A stretch of 64,000 bases of DNA from the IMG/VR virus record IMGVR_UViG_3300022833_000005, positions 1-64,000 of that record, one strand, 5' to 3'. Positions within the stretch are counted from its first letter, which is position 1. The number at the start of each line of letters is the position of its first letter. The notes under the pieces were generated by a model that was not told where the DNA came from, searched no databases, and saw nothing but the letters and a program-made list of their open reading frames with translations. The position numbers were made by a program, and so were the translations under genes. This DNA comes from a virus. Shown here piece after piece: positions 18,114 through 28,447 of the stretch.

Positions 18114-19082
18114 ATGGGTAAATTAGGAAAAGTCTCCACTATAAAGAGACAATATAATAGTTCTCAGTTACAAACAATGGATAGTAACTTAGCACAACAA
18201 GGTATGACCAGGATTCCTGGAACAGGAGTTTTTAAATATCCTTATAAGGAACTAGACGGTCAGTATAGAACTGGAATGGATCCTAATGCTGGTTATATAA
18301 AACGTATACAAGATCCAACTGAAAAAGAGTTAGAAATTGAACGTGTTACAAATCTTAAAGCTAAATTAGAAGCTGCTTTGGGAGATATTGATTTAAGTTC
18401 TAGATCTTCCTTTTGGAATTATGGACTATCAACAGGTCAAAATGATTCATTGCATGTACAACCAGTTAAGTTGTTAGATGGAGATAATTTTTATGATCTT
18501 AACAATCCACTGCAAGAGATTGCATTTGCTTGGTTAAGAGTACATCCAACAATAGCATCTTCTTACCAAGCGTGGGAGAGAGGGGAATTTCCTGCAGAGA
18601 CACAATTTTATGTTGTTAATGATGATATCGAAAGTGCAATCATTTATAAGAAGAAGCAGTTAATCAACAAAGCTATTATTAAGTTTGATGGTATGACTCC
18701 TGAGAAGAAAAAGAAAGTTGCAAGACTTTTAGGACTTCCTATATCAGATGATACAAAAGAAGAAGTTGTTTATAATCAAGTTGATAATTTGTTAAAACAA
18801 TCAGAAGTACAATCTGGTAACTTTAAAGGACTTAATCCTGTTGAAGTGTTTAGCAGATTTGCTGACATGAAAGAAAATTTACTACATATTAAAGATTTAG
18901 TTAAGCAAGCTATTCAACATTCAATTTATAGAGTTAAGCCAAGTGGTAAAGTTTATGAAGGTGAATATGAGATAGCAAAAGAAGAAGAAGAATTAATTAA
19001 ATTTCTAGCTGATGAAGATAATCAAGATGAGTTATTAGTATTAGAAGGAAAATTAAAAACTAAAAAAATAGCTTCTGTATAA
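18114..19082 (+). CDS. Conserved crAss-like protein downstream of MCP
   Basis: Synteny; 322 aa. Confidence 0.65.
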   Translation: MGKLGKVSTIKRQYNSSQLQTMDSNLAQQGMTRIPGTGVFKYPYKELDGQYRTGMDPNAGYIKRIQDPTEKELEIERVTNLKAKLEAALGDIDLSSRSSFWNYGLSTGQNDSLHVQPVKLLDGDNFYDLNNPLQEIAFAWLRVHPTIASSYQAWERGEFPAETQFYVVNDDIESAIIYKKKQLINKAIIKFDGMTPEKKKKVARLLGLPISDDTKEEVVYNQVDNLLKQSEVQSGNFKGLNPVEVFSRFADMKENLLHIKDLVKQAIQHSIYRVKPSGKVYEGEYEIAKEEEELIKFLADEDNQDELLVLEGKLKTKKIASV

Positions 19083-19092
19083 GGAGCTATTT
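19066..19092 (+). terminator. Terminator-like hairpin
   Basis: AAAATAGCTTC-TGTATAA-GGAGCTATTTT spanning the stop codon. Confidence 0.45.
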
Positions 19093-19109
19093 TAAAACAT
19101 ATTTAATAT

Positions 19110-19841
19110 ATGATACCAGTAGATAGTTTATTGTACAAGATAGATCAAAAACTAAATAAACTATCAACTAACGAGCATCAGCAAATTCAATTAGAAGACA
19201 AAATCTTAGCTTTGAATGAAGCTCAGATTAAGTTGATAAAACAAAAAGTTGATGGTTTTAGTATAGTTAATAGATTAGGAATGGATGCCTTTAAAAAAAG
19301 GTACGAAGATTTACAAAATCTAGTAATAGATTATAATAATCAACCACTTCCATTAACTCTTGCTAATTCAGAAATAAATCAATGGAATGCTGATATAACA
19401 AAACTGTTACCAAAATACATGTTTTATGTAGATAGTTATGTTATAGCAGATAAAGGTAAGTGTAAAGGTCGTAAGATCTGGATAAATAAAGACTTAGCAA
19501 AACATGGTGACTTAGCATTGTTATTAAATAACGATCACTACAAACCTAGTTTTGAATATCAAGAAACTATAGTTACACTTAGCTCTAATACCATTAGTAT
19601 TTTTACAGATGGTACATTTACCCCAACAACTCTAAACTTAATGTATATGAGATATCCCGTATATATTAACAAGGAAGGTTATATAATGTTAGATGGAACA
19701 GCTTCTGTTAATAAGAACTGTGAACTTGAAGAATATCTAGAAGACGAACTTATAGATTTAACTGTTCAAAACCTAGCAATGTATACAGAGAATAGTGCTG
19801 CTGTACAAAGTGCACAATTTAGAATACAAACAAACGAATAA
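19110..19841 (+). CDS. Tail ring/adaptor structural protein
   Basis: LNEAQ...RYEDLQNL...YMRYP...CEL pattern; synteny. Confidence 0.65.
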   Translation: MIPVDSLLYKIDQKLNKLSTNEHQQIQLEDKILALNEAQIKLIKQKVDGFSIVNRLGMDAFKKRYEDLQNLVIDYNNQPLPLTLANSEINQWNADITKLLPKYMFYVDSYVIADKGKCKGRKIWINKDLAKHGDLALLLNNDHYKPSFEYQETIVTLSSNTISIFTDGTFTPTTLNLMYMRYPVYINKEGYIMLDGTASVNKNCELEEYLEDELIDLTVQNLAMYTENSAAVQSAQFRIQTNE

Positions 19842-19869
19842 TTTTTAACCTTTAAATATATAAACAAAA

Positions 19870-21000
19870 ATGGCTGATTTTTCATTAACCACGTTATTCG
19901 TGGTTCCAGTAGGGCAGACTGCTCTCCCTAGCACTGGTTCGACACAAGATCTTACCGCAGGTCAAGTAGGATTTTTTAAAAGCGATTATGCTGTAGCAAC
20001 TTCTGCTAACATTGCTGCTTCACCTTACTTCTACGTTGCACAAGGTAGGACAAATACTTACTTACAAGGATCTAAAAGATCTGACAAAATTGCAGGGTGT
20101 CCTTCGGGAGCTGGCTGTAAGTCAAACGTAACTGAATGGTACAAAGTATCAGGATGTTCAACTGCATCTAATCAAATTACTGACGTATCTGACTTCACTG
20201 TACAGTGTGGTGATGTTTTAACTTTAACGTTAAGAGCTCACTCTTCTTACATTGATACTCTTTATTTCAATGGATTTACCAGATCAGTAACTATACAAGC
20301 TCCATGTTGTGAATGTGGTGGTGATGTATGTACTGATGTAGACGCTAATGCACTAATTAATCAATTAATTGTTAAATTAGAACAACAAGCTCCTGGAAAT
20401 AATCCAGACAATGTTTCATTTAACTCTTTCTTTACATTTGAGAATGTAGGTGGTACTAAATTACGTATCCATGGAAAACCATTAACTAAATATGGACAAG
20501 CATGTGATGTTGCTGCTTTCCCTTTTGAGTATGATAGAATGCACTTCAGTACTTTCATCTACGATGGACCTGCTACAACTGCTGACTTTATTGTTGCTGA
20601 TGCATGTAACCTAGTAGCTGCACCTGTTGTTATTCAAATAGCATCTTATGCTTCTGGAGGATCTGAAGAATTTGCACAATTAGAGAAAAACTTCTATAGC
20701 TACCAAGCTGGATATTTAAAATCTCTATATAGAATGGGTGGATACAATGAGAACTTTGAGTCTTGGGTAACTGCTGGAACAACTTATGATAGTTATTACA
20801 TTAAATTTAATACCTATGATAAATCTGCTTATACTTGGGGTGACTTCATTCATGAAGATGCAACTGTAATTCTTGCTGTGCCAAATGCTGATACAAGTGG
20901 TATCGCTGTATTAGTACAAGCTGTATTAGTAGCTGGATTAGGAGCTGTTGTTGATAACAATGCTTGTATTACAACTACAACTACAACTACTGCTCCATAA
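19870..21000 (+). CDS. Auxiliary capsid/structural protein with poly-Thr C-terminus
   Basis: Codon bias like MCP; synteny; strong terminator follows. Confidence 0.65.
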   Translation: MADFSLTTLFVVPVGQTALPSTGSTQDLTAGQVGFFKSDYAVATSANIAASPYFYVAQGRTNTYLQGSKRSDKIAGCPSGAGCKSNVTEWYKVSGCSTASNQITDVSDFTVQCGDVLTLTLRAHSSYIDTLYFNGFTRSVTIQAPCCECGGDVCTDVDANALINQLIVKLEQQAPGNNPDNVSFNSFFTFENVGGTKLRIHGKPLTKYGQACDVAAFPFEYDRMHFSTFIYDGPATTADFIVADACNLVAAPVVIQIASYASGGSEEFAQLEKNFYSYQAGYLKSLYRMGGYNENFESWVTAGTTYDSYYIKFNTYDKSAYTWGDFIHEDATVILAVPNADTSGIAVLVQAVLVAGLGAVVDNNACITTTTTTTAP

Positions 21001-21042
21001 TTATAGCATGTTGTAGGTAGACAATAATAATAAACATAAACC

Positions 21043-21091
21043 TATGCCAGAGGAGAGGATTAAATCTCACATCCTCTGGCATTTTTTTTTT
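21043..21091 (+). terminator. Intrinsic terminator
   Basis: ATGCCAGAGG...CCTCTGGCAT followed by a long T run. Confidence 0.85.
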
Positions 21092-21102
21092 AAAATAATA
21101 TC

Positions 21103-21669
21103 ATGGCAGTCACTTTACAATTAGATATATTACTCCCTCCTACTTATAGTGTATTGTTGCTTTCTGTTACGGATGCTTCTATCTACCCAAATAGTCCTCC
21201 AATAGTATCAGCACCAACAATCGAAATAACAGTACCAAATTTTGGTACTAAGATTTTACCTTTTGTACCATTACAAACAAATGTATTTGGATCTGACACA
21301 TTAGGAATAACTGAAGTTGGATGTAAACAAGATTTACCCGATGGTATATATCATATAAAATATTCTATTGCACCAGCATATCTAAATTATGTAGAAAAGA
21401 CTATATTACGTGTTGACAGACTTCAAGAAAAGTTTGACAATGCGTTCTTAAATTTAGATTTAATGGAATGTGATAGTGCATTAAAAACACAAGCTAGTGT
21501 AAATTTAAATACTATAAGTTTTTTAATAGCAGGAGCAATTGCTTCAGCAAATAACTGTGCAGAAGAGGATGCGTTAAAATTATATCAACAGGCAAGTACA
21601 ATGATTGATCAATTCTTAAAGTCAAATTGTGGTTGTTCAGGAAATAACTATGTGTTAAACTTTAGATAA
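21103..21669 (+). CDS. Structural protein (tail hub-like)
   Basis: DLPDGIYHIKYS motif; synteny. Confidence 0.55.
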   Translation: MAVTLQLDILLPPTYSVLLLSVTDASIYPNSPPIVSAPTIEITVPNFGTKILPFVPLQTNVFGSDTLGITEVGCKQDLPDGIYHIKYSIAPAYLNYVEKTILRVDRLQEKFDNAFLNLDLMECDSALKTQASVNLNTISFLIAGAIASANNCAEEDALKLYQQASTMIDQFLKSNCGCSGNNYVLNFR

Positions 21670-21670
21670 T

Positions 21671-21772
21671 ATGGCTCAATGTGCAAACTGTGGTACTAAT
21701 GTGGGATGTGGATGTCAACTACAAGGTGGTTTATGTGCTCATTGTAACAGTAATTCTAATAAAGTTAAATAA
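21671..21772 (+). CDS. 33-aa Cys-rich peptide (MAQCANCGTNVGCGCQLQGGLCAHCNSNSNKVK)
   Basis: Fills the gap between two structural genes exactly; 6 Cys. Confidence 0.7.
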   Translation: MAQCANCGTNVGCGCQLQGGLCAHCNSNSNKVK

Positions 21773-21774
21773 CT

Positions 21775-22128
21775 ATGCTATCACCAAGATTAACAAATTG
21801 TCAAGGTTGTTCTGAAATACCTGGCTTACTTAAAAAAATAGATTGCAAGTTAGCAGAACTTGGTAGCAACATGTACAATAATATTGTATTTATGTTAGGT
21901 TATGATATTCCTGCTACTAAAATAATGCAACTTATATCATACAAACGTATCTTAATATTTAAGTATTGTAATCTTGATTATGCAGGTAATTGTTCTATTG
22001 GTAAAATTAAAGGTAAGGTTATTAGATTAACTGCTGGATGTGTAAGTAAGTGTAATCAAATTAAAGTATACACTCCTGAAATACCTAATCCTGAAGTTAC
22101 AACAACAACAACTACTACTAGTTTATAA
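21775..22128 (+). CDS. Cys-rich structural protein (tail hub-like) with poly-Thr tail
   Basis: 117 aa; synteny. Confidence 0.55.
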   Translation: MLSPRLTNCQGCSEIPGLLKKIDCKLAELGSNMYNNIVFMLGYDIPATKIMQLISYKRILIFKYCNLDYAGNCSIGKIKGKVIRLTAGCVSKCNQIKVYTPEIPNPEVTTTTTTTSL

Positions 22129-22154
22129 ACGTTATAATATAAAAAATAAATAAC

Positions 22155-23282
22155 ATGTCAAATAATTGCTCAAATTGCTATAATGGATGCACTGAAATAA
22201 TTTCAGACAAATGTGTTAAATATACAGGAGTAGATGCTCCTGTGTTAGGAATTAAAAATGGGGATTCTCTATCTTATGTAGAGCAATCACTTATTACTTT
22301 TTTAAGTTCTACATTAGATGGAACAGGAATAATTCCTGTAGTTCTATCAACAGACATTTGTCCAGCTCTTCAATCTAATTTACCAGAGTGTGAGCCGTTA
22401 AGTTTAAATAACTACCTTACTGGGTTAGTTAAAACTTTATGTACCTTACAAGCAACTGTAGATGAACTTGAAGTTGATGTAGTAATAGTTGAACCATACA
22501 CATTAAATTGTATAACTGCATCATCGAATTCAGATACTAAGATAGTTTTACAAGCAACTATAAATAAGTTATGTGCTGTAAATACACAACTTAATGATTT
22601 TATACTTTTTGTGGATAACATGTATGTTAAAGTATCAGATATAAATACATACATTGCAAATTATATTAATTCAAATCCAGCTCAACAATTAATGAGTAAT
22701 AGAATGGTTCCTTTTTCAGCACAGCCTTATTTTGGAACATTAAATAACTTTGATGCAAGTGGGTCAGGTATTGGTCTTTGGGCTAATATATTTTTATGTA
22801 ATGGTTCAAATGGAACACCTGACTTAAGAGGAAGAACAGTTGTAGGAACTACTAGTGGAATGGGTGGAGGATCATTAAGCATAGCAGTAGATCCTTCTTT
22901 TGCAGGAAACCCTACATACAACTTAAATTCTGTAGTTGGAACAAACTCAGTAATTTTATCACCTGGTCAAATTCCTGCACATACGCATAGTAACACTGCA
23001 ATAACAAACTTATCTCCTTCAGAGCATTCTCATTTAATGGCTGGTGCTAGTTCAAATGCAGTTACTCTAACTAATCAAGTTCCAATAATACAATCATTTA
23101 GTACAGGTGGAAATTTTGGATATGGTTTATATGGTACTACAAACGCAGCTACTCTTGGAAAAACTAGCAATGTTACAATAACAGCTACAACGTTAGTTAC
23201 AAATCAACTTACAGGTGGTGGATTAAGTCATCCCAATTTTCAACCTGCAATTGGATCATACTACATAATTTACATACCTTAA
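22155..23282 (+). CDS. Tail fibre with collar-like domain
   Basis: LCNGSNGTPDLRGR..VG, QIPAHTH, HPNFQP...YII; Cys-rich N-terminal domain. Confidence 0.75.
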   Translation: MSNNCSNCYNGCTEIISDKCVKYTGVDAPVLGIKNGDSLSYVEQSLITFLSSTLDGTGIIPVVLSTDICPALQSNLPECEPLSLNNYLTGLVKTLCTLQATVDELEVDVVIVEPYTLNCITASSNSDTKIVLQATINKLCAVNTQLNDFILFVDNMYVKVSDINTYIANYINSNPAQQLMSNRMVPFSAQPYFGTLNNFDASGSGIGLWANIFLCNGSNGTPDLRGRTVVGTTSGMGGGSLSIAVDPSFAGNPTYNLNSVVGTNSVILSPGQIPAHTHSNTAITNLSPSEHSHLMAGASSNAVTLTNQVPIIQSFSTGGNFGYGLYGTTNAATLGKTSNVTITATTLVTNQLTGGGLSHPNFQPAIGSYYIIYIP

Positions 23283-23293
23283 ACTTTAATAAA

Positions 23294-23584
23294 ATGACAT
23301 ATTTACCTCAAAATTCGTGCGGTTGTAATAGCACTACATCATCTCCTTGTGGAGCAACAGAAGGTTGTCTCTCAAGTACTATTATTTATAATGGACCAAT
23401 TTTACCTGCTTCCGGAGTAAAACCATGTGATTCATTAAATGTAACATTGTCAAAAATAGATGAAGTTTTAAGTTTGTTATTATCACAGCAAAGAATAAAC
23501 ACCAATGCTATTAATGCAATCACTTTACAAATTATTGATATAAATTCTCAAATAACAATTATTAATAATACATGTTGTCCATAA
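23294..23584 (+). CDS. Short fibre-related protein (Cys-rich N-domain plus coiled coil)
   Basis: IIYNGP...DSL shared with the 22155, 62678 and 63101 proteins. Confidence 0.65.
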   Translation: MTYLPQNSCGCNSTTSSPCGATEGCLSSTIIYNGPILPASGVKPCDSLNVTLSKIDEVLSLLLSQQRINTNAINAITLQIIDINSQITIINNTCCP

Positions 23585-23587
23585 ATC

Positions 23588-24355
23588 ATGACAGTAATAC
23601 TAACATTATCTTCTGCAGGAACTGACGTTTCATTATTTGATTTATACTCAGATATTGATAGTTATAGTATTGCCTTTGAAACTGGAGTTTCTAAAGCAGC
23701 TTTAATTGCTGGTTATACAACTTCAGCATGCCCAGACTATGCAACTATTGTAAGAGTTCAAGCTACAGGACAATGTGTTAATTACATGGATATAATATTA
23801 TCACAAACAACAACTACTACTACATCTAGTACAAGTACTACTACTAGTACAAGTACAAGTACAAGTACAAGTACTACTACTAGTACTACTACTAGTACAA
23901 GTAGTACTACTACTACAACAACAACAGCTACACCAACAACTACAACCACAACAACAACTCAAGCACCAACAACTACAACCACAACAACAGCTGCACTACT
24001 ATGTCAATTAAATGGACCTAGTGCTGTTTTTTATTCACCACCAACAACAACTACCACTACCACTACCACTATACCCCTTGATAATAGTATTAGATCGTCT
24101 AGTGCTATAGCAAGTGGATATTGTAATTCAACACTTGATACTTTTTGTTTTGTAGAACAACAAAATGTAAATGTAATAACTATAGGTGATAGAATTTGGA
24201 ATGATGCATTTTATCAAAATTATATGGTGGGAACAAGCACTGCTCAAAATTTAATAAAATATCATATTGAACTAAGTAATTTAAGTGGGTTTGGTGTAGG
24301 AGTAAATTCTACTGGATATGTAATAAACCAAACATCAATATGTTATGTACCTTAA
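23588..24355 (+). CDS. Mucin-like Thr/Ser-rich virion protein
   Basis: 70-aa N-domain, about 60-residue Thr/Ser tract, Cys-containing C-terminal module. Confidence 0.75.
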   Translation: MTVILTLSSAGTDVSLFDLYSDIDSYSIAFETGVSKAALIAGYTTSACPDYATIVRVQATGQCVNYMDIILSQTTTTTTSSTSTTTSTSTSTSTSTTTSTTTSTSSTTTTTTTATPTTTTTTTTQAPTTTTTTTAALLCQLNGPSAVFYSPPTTTTTTTTTIPLDNSIRSSSAIASGYCNSTLDTFCFVEQQNVNVITIGDRIWNDAFYQNYMVGTSTAQNLIKYHIELSNLSGFGVGVNSTGYVINQTSICYVP

Positions 24356-24375
24356 TTAATTATAATAAATAAAAT

Positions 24376-24606
24376 ATGGCAGCACCACAAATAATAGTAA
24401 AGTTAACATCTGCAGGAGTTGATTCAGGTCCCTGTGATTTATATTCAAACACTGATGGATATGTAACTCCTATAGCAACAGGTATAGCTATAGCAACATT
24501 AACGGGGGCATTTGGATATTATGTAAATGCACCTATAGGAATTACAACTATAAGAATACAGAATAGTGGGAATTGTTCAAATTATGTAGATACAATAATA
24601 ACATAA
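24376..24606 (+). CDS. Small paralog of the 23588 N-terminal domain
   Basis: LTSAG.D.GP.DLYS...GY...TTIRI...G.C.NYVD. Confidence 0.75.
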   Translation: MAAPQIIVKLTSAGVDSGPCDLYSNTDGYVTPIATGIAIATLTGAFGYYVNAPIGITTIRIQNSGNCSNYVDTIIT

Positions 24607-24608
24607 CT

Positions 24609-24845
24609 ATGACAGGAGGAATACAAATAAATACATTAGGACAAAGCACAGGTCCCTTTTTTAATTTATATTCAGATATAAATCAATTCACAGCACCTTT
24701 TGAAATAAATGTAGATAAGGTTGATTTAATCAATGGATATGCAACAGATAAAATACCTAACTCAACTACTATAATAAGGGTTATGTCTATAGGGGAATGC
24801 AACAATTATTTAGATATATATACAGGAGGTTCAGGACAATATTAA
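24609..24845 (+). CDS. Small paralog of the 23588 N-terminal domain
   Basis: GPFFNLYSD...FE..V.K..LI.GY...TIIRV.S.G.C.NYLDI; ATG at 24609. Confidence 0.75.
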   Translation: MTGGIQINTLGQSTGPFFNLYSDINQFTAPFEINVDKVDLINGYATDKIPNSTTIIRVMSIGECNNYLDIYTGGSGQY

Positions 24846-24855
24846 TGAATTTAAA

Positions 24856-24917
24856 AAGTCTTGTTTTGTTGGTTTTATAAGACTTCTCCTAGGGTGTTAA
24901 TAGCTCTAGGAGTTTTT
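24856..24917 (+). terminator. Double hairpin with intrinsic terminator
   Basis: AAGTCTT...AAGACTT, then CTCCTAGGG...CTCTAGGAG-TTTTT. Confidence 0.7.
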
Positions 24918-24919
24918 AT

Positions 24920-24998
24920 TTATAATCAAAGTAATTATAAAAAATAACCTTCTTTAGTAAAATTATTTGGATTATCAAAGATAATTTTTATATATTTA
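24920..24998 (+). promoter_or_regulatory. Promoter with TTATAA-N9-TTATAA box
   Basis: Box 24920-24940, TTTGG 24966-24970, TATATTTA 24991-24998. Confidence 0.55.
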
Positions 24999-25027
24999 CC
25001 ATATTTTTTAACTAAATAAAAAACCGA

Positions 25028-26266
25028 ATGTCGTATAACCAAGAATTACTTGATAAATTACAAGGACTTTTAGCATGGAAAAAAAGTAAAACATTTTATG
25101 CTGCTAAGTTAGAAATAACTGAAAATGAAGTATTAGCATTACTCAAAGAATTAAAAAATAAGAATAAAGATGAAGGTGAAGAATTTTTAAAATCTGCAAA
25201 AAACTTTAAATCTTATGACACTTTAACAAAAGTTAATGTAGAAAAAGGAACAGTTGAGAGTACAATAACTTTAGATTTTGAACCTAAGAATGAAGTTGAG
25301 TTAGCAGAATTACATAAAATAGATTTAAATACTTATACTATTACAAACTATTGGTCTAAATTACTTCCAAGTGGAAACTTTACATCATCAGTATTTTCAA
25401 AGAGAAAAACACCCAAGGATTATAGTGCTGAAGACTTTAGCAACTTCCTTAAAAATTACAAATCAAATTACATTCCAATAGATGCTCCAATAAGATCTGA
25501 TAAACAATTAGTAGATATTGAACTATCTCTTTCTGATTATCATTTAGCAAAGAAAGATGTTAATGGAGATAATGATCCAATTAATAGAGCTGTAAGATTT
25601 TTCACTATTGCTCAGAACTTAATTAATAAGACAAGATCTATTTATGATATAAATAGAGTTATATTACCTATATCTAATGATTATTTTCATACAGATAACT
25701 ATCAAAATCAAACTACAAACGGTACACCTCAAGATGTTATAATGGAGTATTCATCAGAATACGAACTTGGTTTTGCTATTTTAATAGACACTATTAAAAT
25801 GTTAAAAGCAAATACTAATCAAGTAGAGGTAATATTAGTACCAGGTAACCATGATAGAACAAAAGGTTTTTATCTAGCACACGCATTAGATATATATTTC
25901 TCTGCAGATAGTGATGTTACTTTTAAAAGAGATGATAGTTTAATAAAAGGAGTGTTACTTGGTGAAACATTTATTGGTTATCATCATGGTAATTGTAAAA
26001 TAGAATCATTGCCTTTATTATTTGCAACTCATCCTTTATATAGTGAGATGTTTGGTAGAGCTAAATATAGAGAAGTTCACACAGGTGATAAACATCACTA
26101 TATGGCTAAAGAAATAAAAGGTGTAAGAATACAACAAATGCCTAGCTTATCTGCAACAGATAGATGGCATAGAGATAACAATTTTGTACATAGTGTACGA
26201 GCAGCATTAGCTTTAGTCTATGATTTTAAAGTGGGCAAAGTGGCTGAATTTGAAGAAAGAATATAA
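25028..26266 (+). CDS. Calcineurin-like metallophosphoesterase with N-terminal HTH-like region
   Basis: SDYH, NDYFH, PGNHD, HHG, GDKHH motifs. Confidence 0.85.
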   Translation: MSYNQELLDKLQGLLAWKKSKTFYAAKLEITENEVLALLKELKNKNKDEGEEFLKSAKNFKSYDTLTKVNVEKGTVESTITLDFEPKNEVELAELHKIDLNTYTITNYWSKLLPSGNFTSSVFSKRKTPKDYSAEDFSNFLKNYKSNYIPIDAPIRSDKQLVDIELSLSDYHLAKKDVNGDNDPINRAVRFFTIAQNLINKTRSIYDINRVILPISNDYFHTDNYQNQTTNGTPQDVIMEYSSEYELGFAILIDTIKMLKANTNQVEVILVPGNHDRTKGFYLAHALDIYFSADSDVTFKRDDSLIKGVLLGETFIGYHHGNCKIESLPLLFATHPLYSEMFGRAKYREVHTGDKHHYMAKEIKGVRIQQMPSLSATDRWHRDNNFVHSVRAALALVYDFKVGKVAEFEERI

Positions 26267-26268
26267 TT

Positions 26269-26994
26269 ATGGCAACATTAAGAAAATTAGTTTCAGATGT
26301 GCGAGGAATGCACAGAATCCTATCAACAGATGCACTTATTACTGATAGAGTAATTGCTTCTGAAGTAAAGAATAATTCTTTAATGTTAATTAAGAGGGAA
26401 ACTAATTTAAGAAAACTTTGGGCTAGTGATACTTTATTTACAACAATTCCTTGTTTGGAAATGAAAGAAGTACCCATCTCAGAATGTTGTGAATATTCAG
26501 ATCCTTACACAGTAGCAAGAACAAAGTTTAAACTTCCAAGAATATCAGAAGGTAATTATCAATATGTAATACAAGGTGTTTATTCTATAAATGCTATGAG
26601 TGGTAAAGGTAGTAAGTTAAAAGAAATAACTATTAATAGATATTTAAACTTAATAAATTTACGTATAGTTAAAAAAGATAGTTATTTCTGGATATCTAAT
26701 GGATATTTATATGCAACTAATCCTTCACTTAAATCAATTAGATTAACTGCATTCTTTGAAGAAGATGTAAGTAACGATATCATGTTTCCTGAATGTGATT
26801 GTGGGAATAATTTTAACTTAGATGACTATTGTAAAAACCCTTTAGATAAAGAGTTTTCATTACCTGGATATCTAGAACAGCAAGCATTAGCTATGACTTC
26901 ACAAAAACTATTAACAACATACTTTAATATCAAAACTGATATGAGTAATGAGGGAATAGATGGTCAAGCTCTCAATGCTCAACCAACAAACTAA
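26269..26994 (+). CDS. Tail ring structural protein
   Basis: Synteny before the IHF-like and tail tube genes. Confidence 0.6.
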   Translation: MATLRKLVSDVRGMHRILSTDALITDRVIASEVKNNSLMLIKRETNLRKLWASDTLFTTIPCLEMKEVPISECCEYSDPYTVARTKFKLPRISEGNYQYVIQGVYSINAMSGKGSKLKEITINRYLNLINLRIVKKDSYFWISNGYLYATNPSLKSIRLTAFFEEDVSNDIMFPECDCGNNFNLDDYCKNPLDKEFSLPGYLEQQALAMTSQKLLTTYFNIKTDMSNEGIDGQALNAQPTN

Positions 26995-27005
26995 ATAAAT
27001 AGTAA

Positions 27006-27485
27006 ATGGCTAGAGTTGCTGTTGATTGGAGAAGTGCTAGTAAAATTAACTACACTGACTTTTGTAAGAAACACCCATTGATAAGTTTAACTTTTAATGA
27101 ATGGAGGAATATTCTATATGAGTTCAATGATGGTTTTAAACATCATATATTAGAAACAGGATTTAGGGAAAAACTTCCTTGTGGTTTTGGAGAGTTTTCT
27201 ATAAATAAGAAAAAAAGAAGAAAAACAAAAGGTGTAGATGGGAAAGAATTTATAAATCTTCCTATTGATTGGCAAAGAACCAAAAAGAAAGGTAAGGTTA
27301 TATATAATTTTAATTATCATACAGAAGGATATTTTTTTGGTTGGATGTGGTTTAAAGATACTGCTAGATTTAGAAACTCTGCTTTATGGTATTTTAAACC
27401 ATCTAGAACAACATCAAGATTACTATCACACTATATAAAAACCGACAACAAGTACCAACACATCTATAATGAATGGAAAAAATAA
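27006..27485 (+). CDS. crAss-type IHF-like protein
   Basis: LPCGFGEFSI, IDWQRTK, NYHTEGY, FKPSR. Confidence 0.75.
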   Translation: MARVAVDWRSASKINYTDFCKKHPLISLTFNEWRNILYEFNDGFKHHILETGFREKLPCGFGEFSINKKKRRKTKGVDGKEFINLPIDWQRTKKKGKVIYNFNYHTEGYFFGWMWFKDTARFRNSALWYFKPSRTTSRLLSHYIKTDNKYQHIYNEWKK

Positions 27486-27488
27486 ATT

Positions 27489-28442
27489 ATGTCGTACTAC
27501 TATAAATACAATTTTATCTCACCAGAACCGATCTATGCAACGGTAAAAGAAGAACTAAAAAGTTACTTTGATACAGGAGCAGTAGATGATTTACTATTTC
27601 CTACTTACTTGGACAAATGTCTTAGAAAGTTAGGTAGGACCACTTATGTTATTTCTGAACAAGTTTTACATGTAGAAGATTTTGAGGCAAGACTTCCTGA
27701 TAATTTTCATGCTGTTAGAGAAGCTTGGATGTGTGCTGAAGTTCAAGGTAACCCTTATCCTTCTGCAACATCATTTTACTCACAAGCAGCTAATGCTACA
27801 ACTATCCAGATATCACCTTTAACAATAGGAGGTACACCTTGTAATAACAAGGATTGCCAACACCCTAATTGTGATGGTACATGCATGCCTGAATTAGTTC
27901 AAGCTGTATATAAAACAAACACATCTATAGATAGATCATATAGACATAGTTATTTACTTAAACCAGGGAATATTTCTGCTAGACAAAACTGTGATGTAAC
28001 TTATAGAAATGACTGGAATCAATTTGCACCACCACTACGAGAATTTACTCCTGGGGCATCATCTTATGATTCATTTGATATTAGAGATAATAAATTTGTA
28101 ACTAATTTTAGAAATGCAGTGGTTCATTTAATGTTTTATTCTGTAGGATATGATGAAAAAGATAATCAATTAGTACCTGATAATTATAGAATTGCAGAAT
28201 TTGTTGAAGCTTTTATTAAATTCAAAGTGTTTGAAAGTTTAACTAATCAAACAAATGATGAAACATTCAATCAACTTCAGCAAAAATTAGCATATTATAA
28301 ACAACTTCATGATGAAGCTTTTATAATGGCAGATATAGAGATTAAGAAGCAAACTCCTTGGGAAAAGCAGAGAAGGATAAAAAAGGATCTTAACAGATTT
28401 AATATGTATCAACTTCCAAATAGTAGAAGACGTAATAATTAA
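27489..28442 (+). CDS. Tail tubular/ring protein
   Basis: ARLPDNF, TNFRNAVVHL, LVPDN; immediately precedes the muzzle gene. Confidence 0.7.
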   Translation: MSYYYKYNFISPEPIYATVKEELKSYFDTGAVDDLLFPTYLDKCLRKLGRTTYVISEQVLHVEDFEARLPDNFHAVREAWMCAEVQGNPYPSATSFYSQAANATTIQISPLTIGGTPCNNKDCQHPNCDGTCMPELVQAVYKTNTSIDRSYRHSYLLKPGNISARQNCDVTYRNDWNQFAPPLREFTPGASSYDSFDIRDNKFVTNFRNAVVHLMFYSVGYDEKDNQLVPDNYRIAEFVEAFIKFKVFESLTNQTNDETFNQLQQKLAYYKQLHDEAFIMADIEIKKQTPWEKQRRIKKDLNRFNMYQLPNSRRRNN

Positions 28443-28447
28443 TAGCT

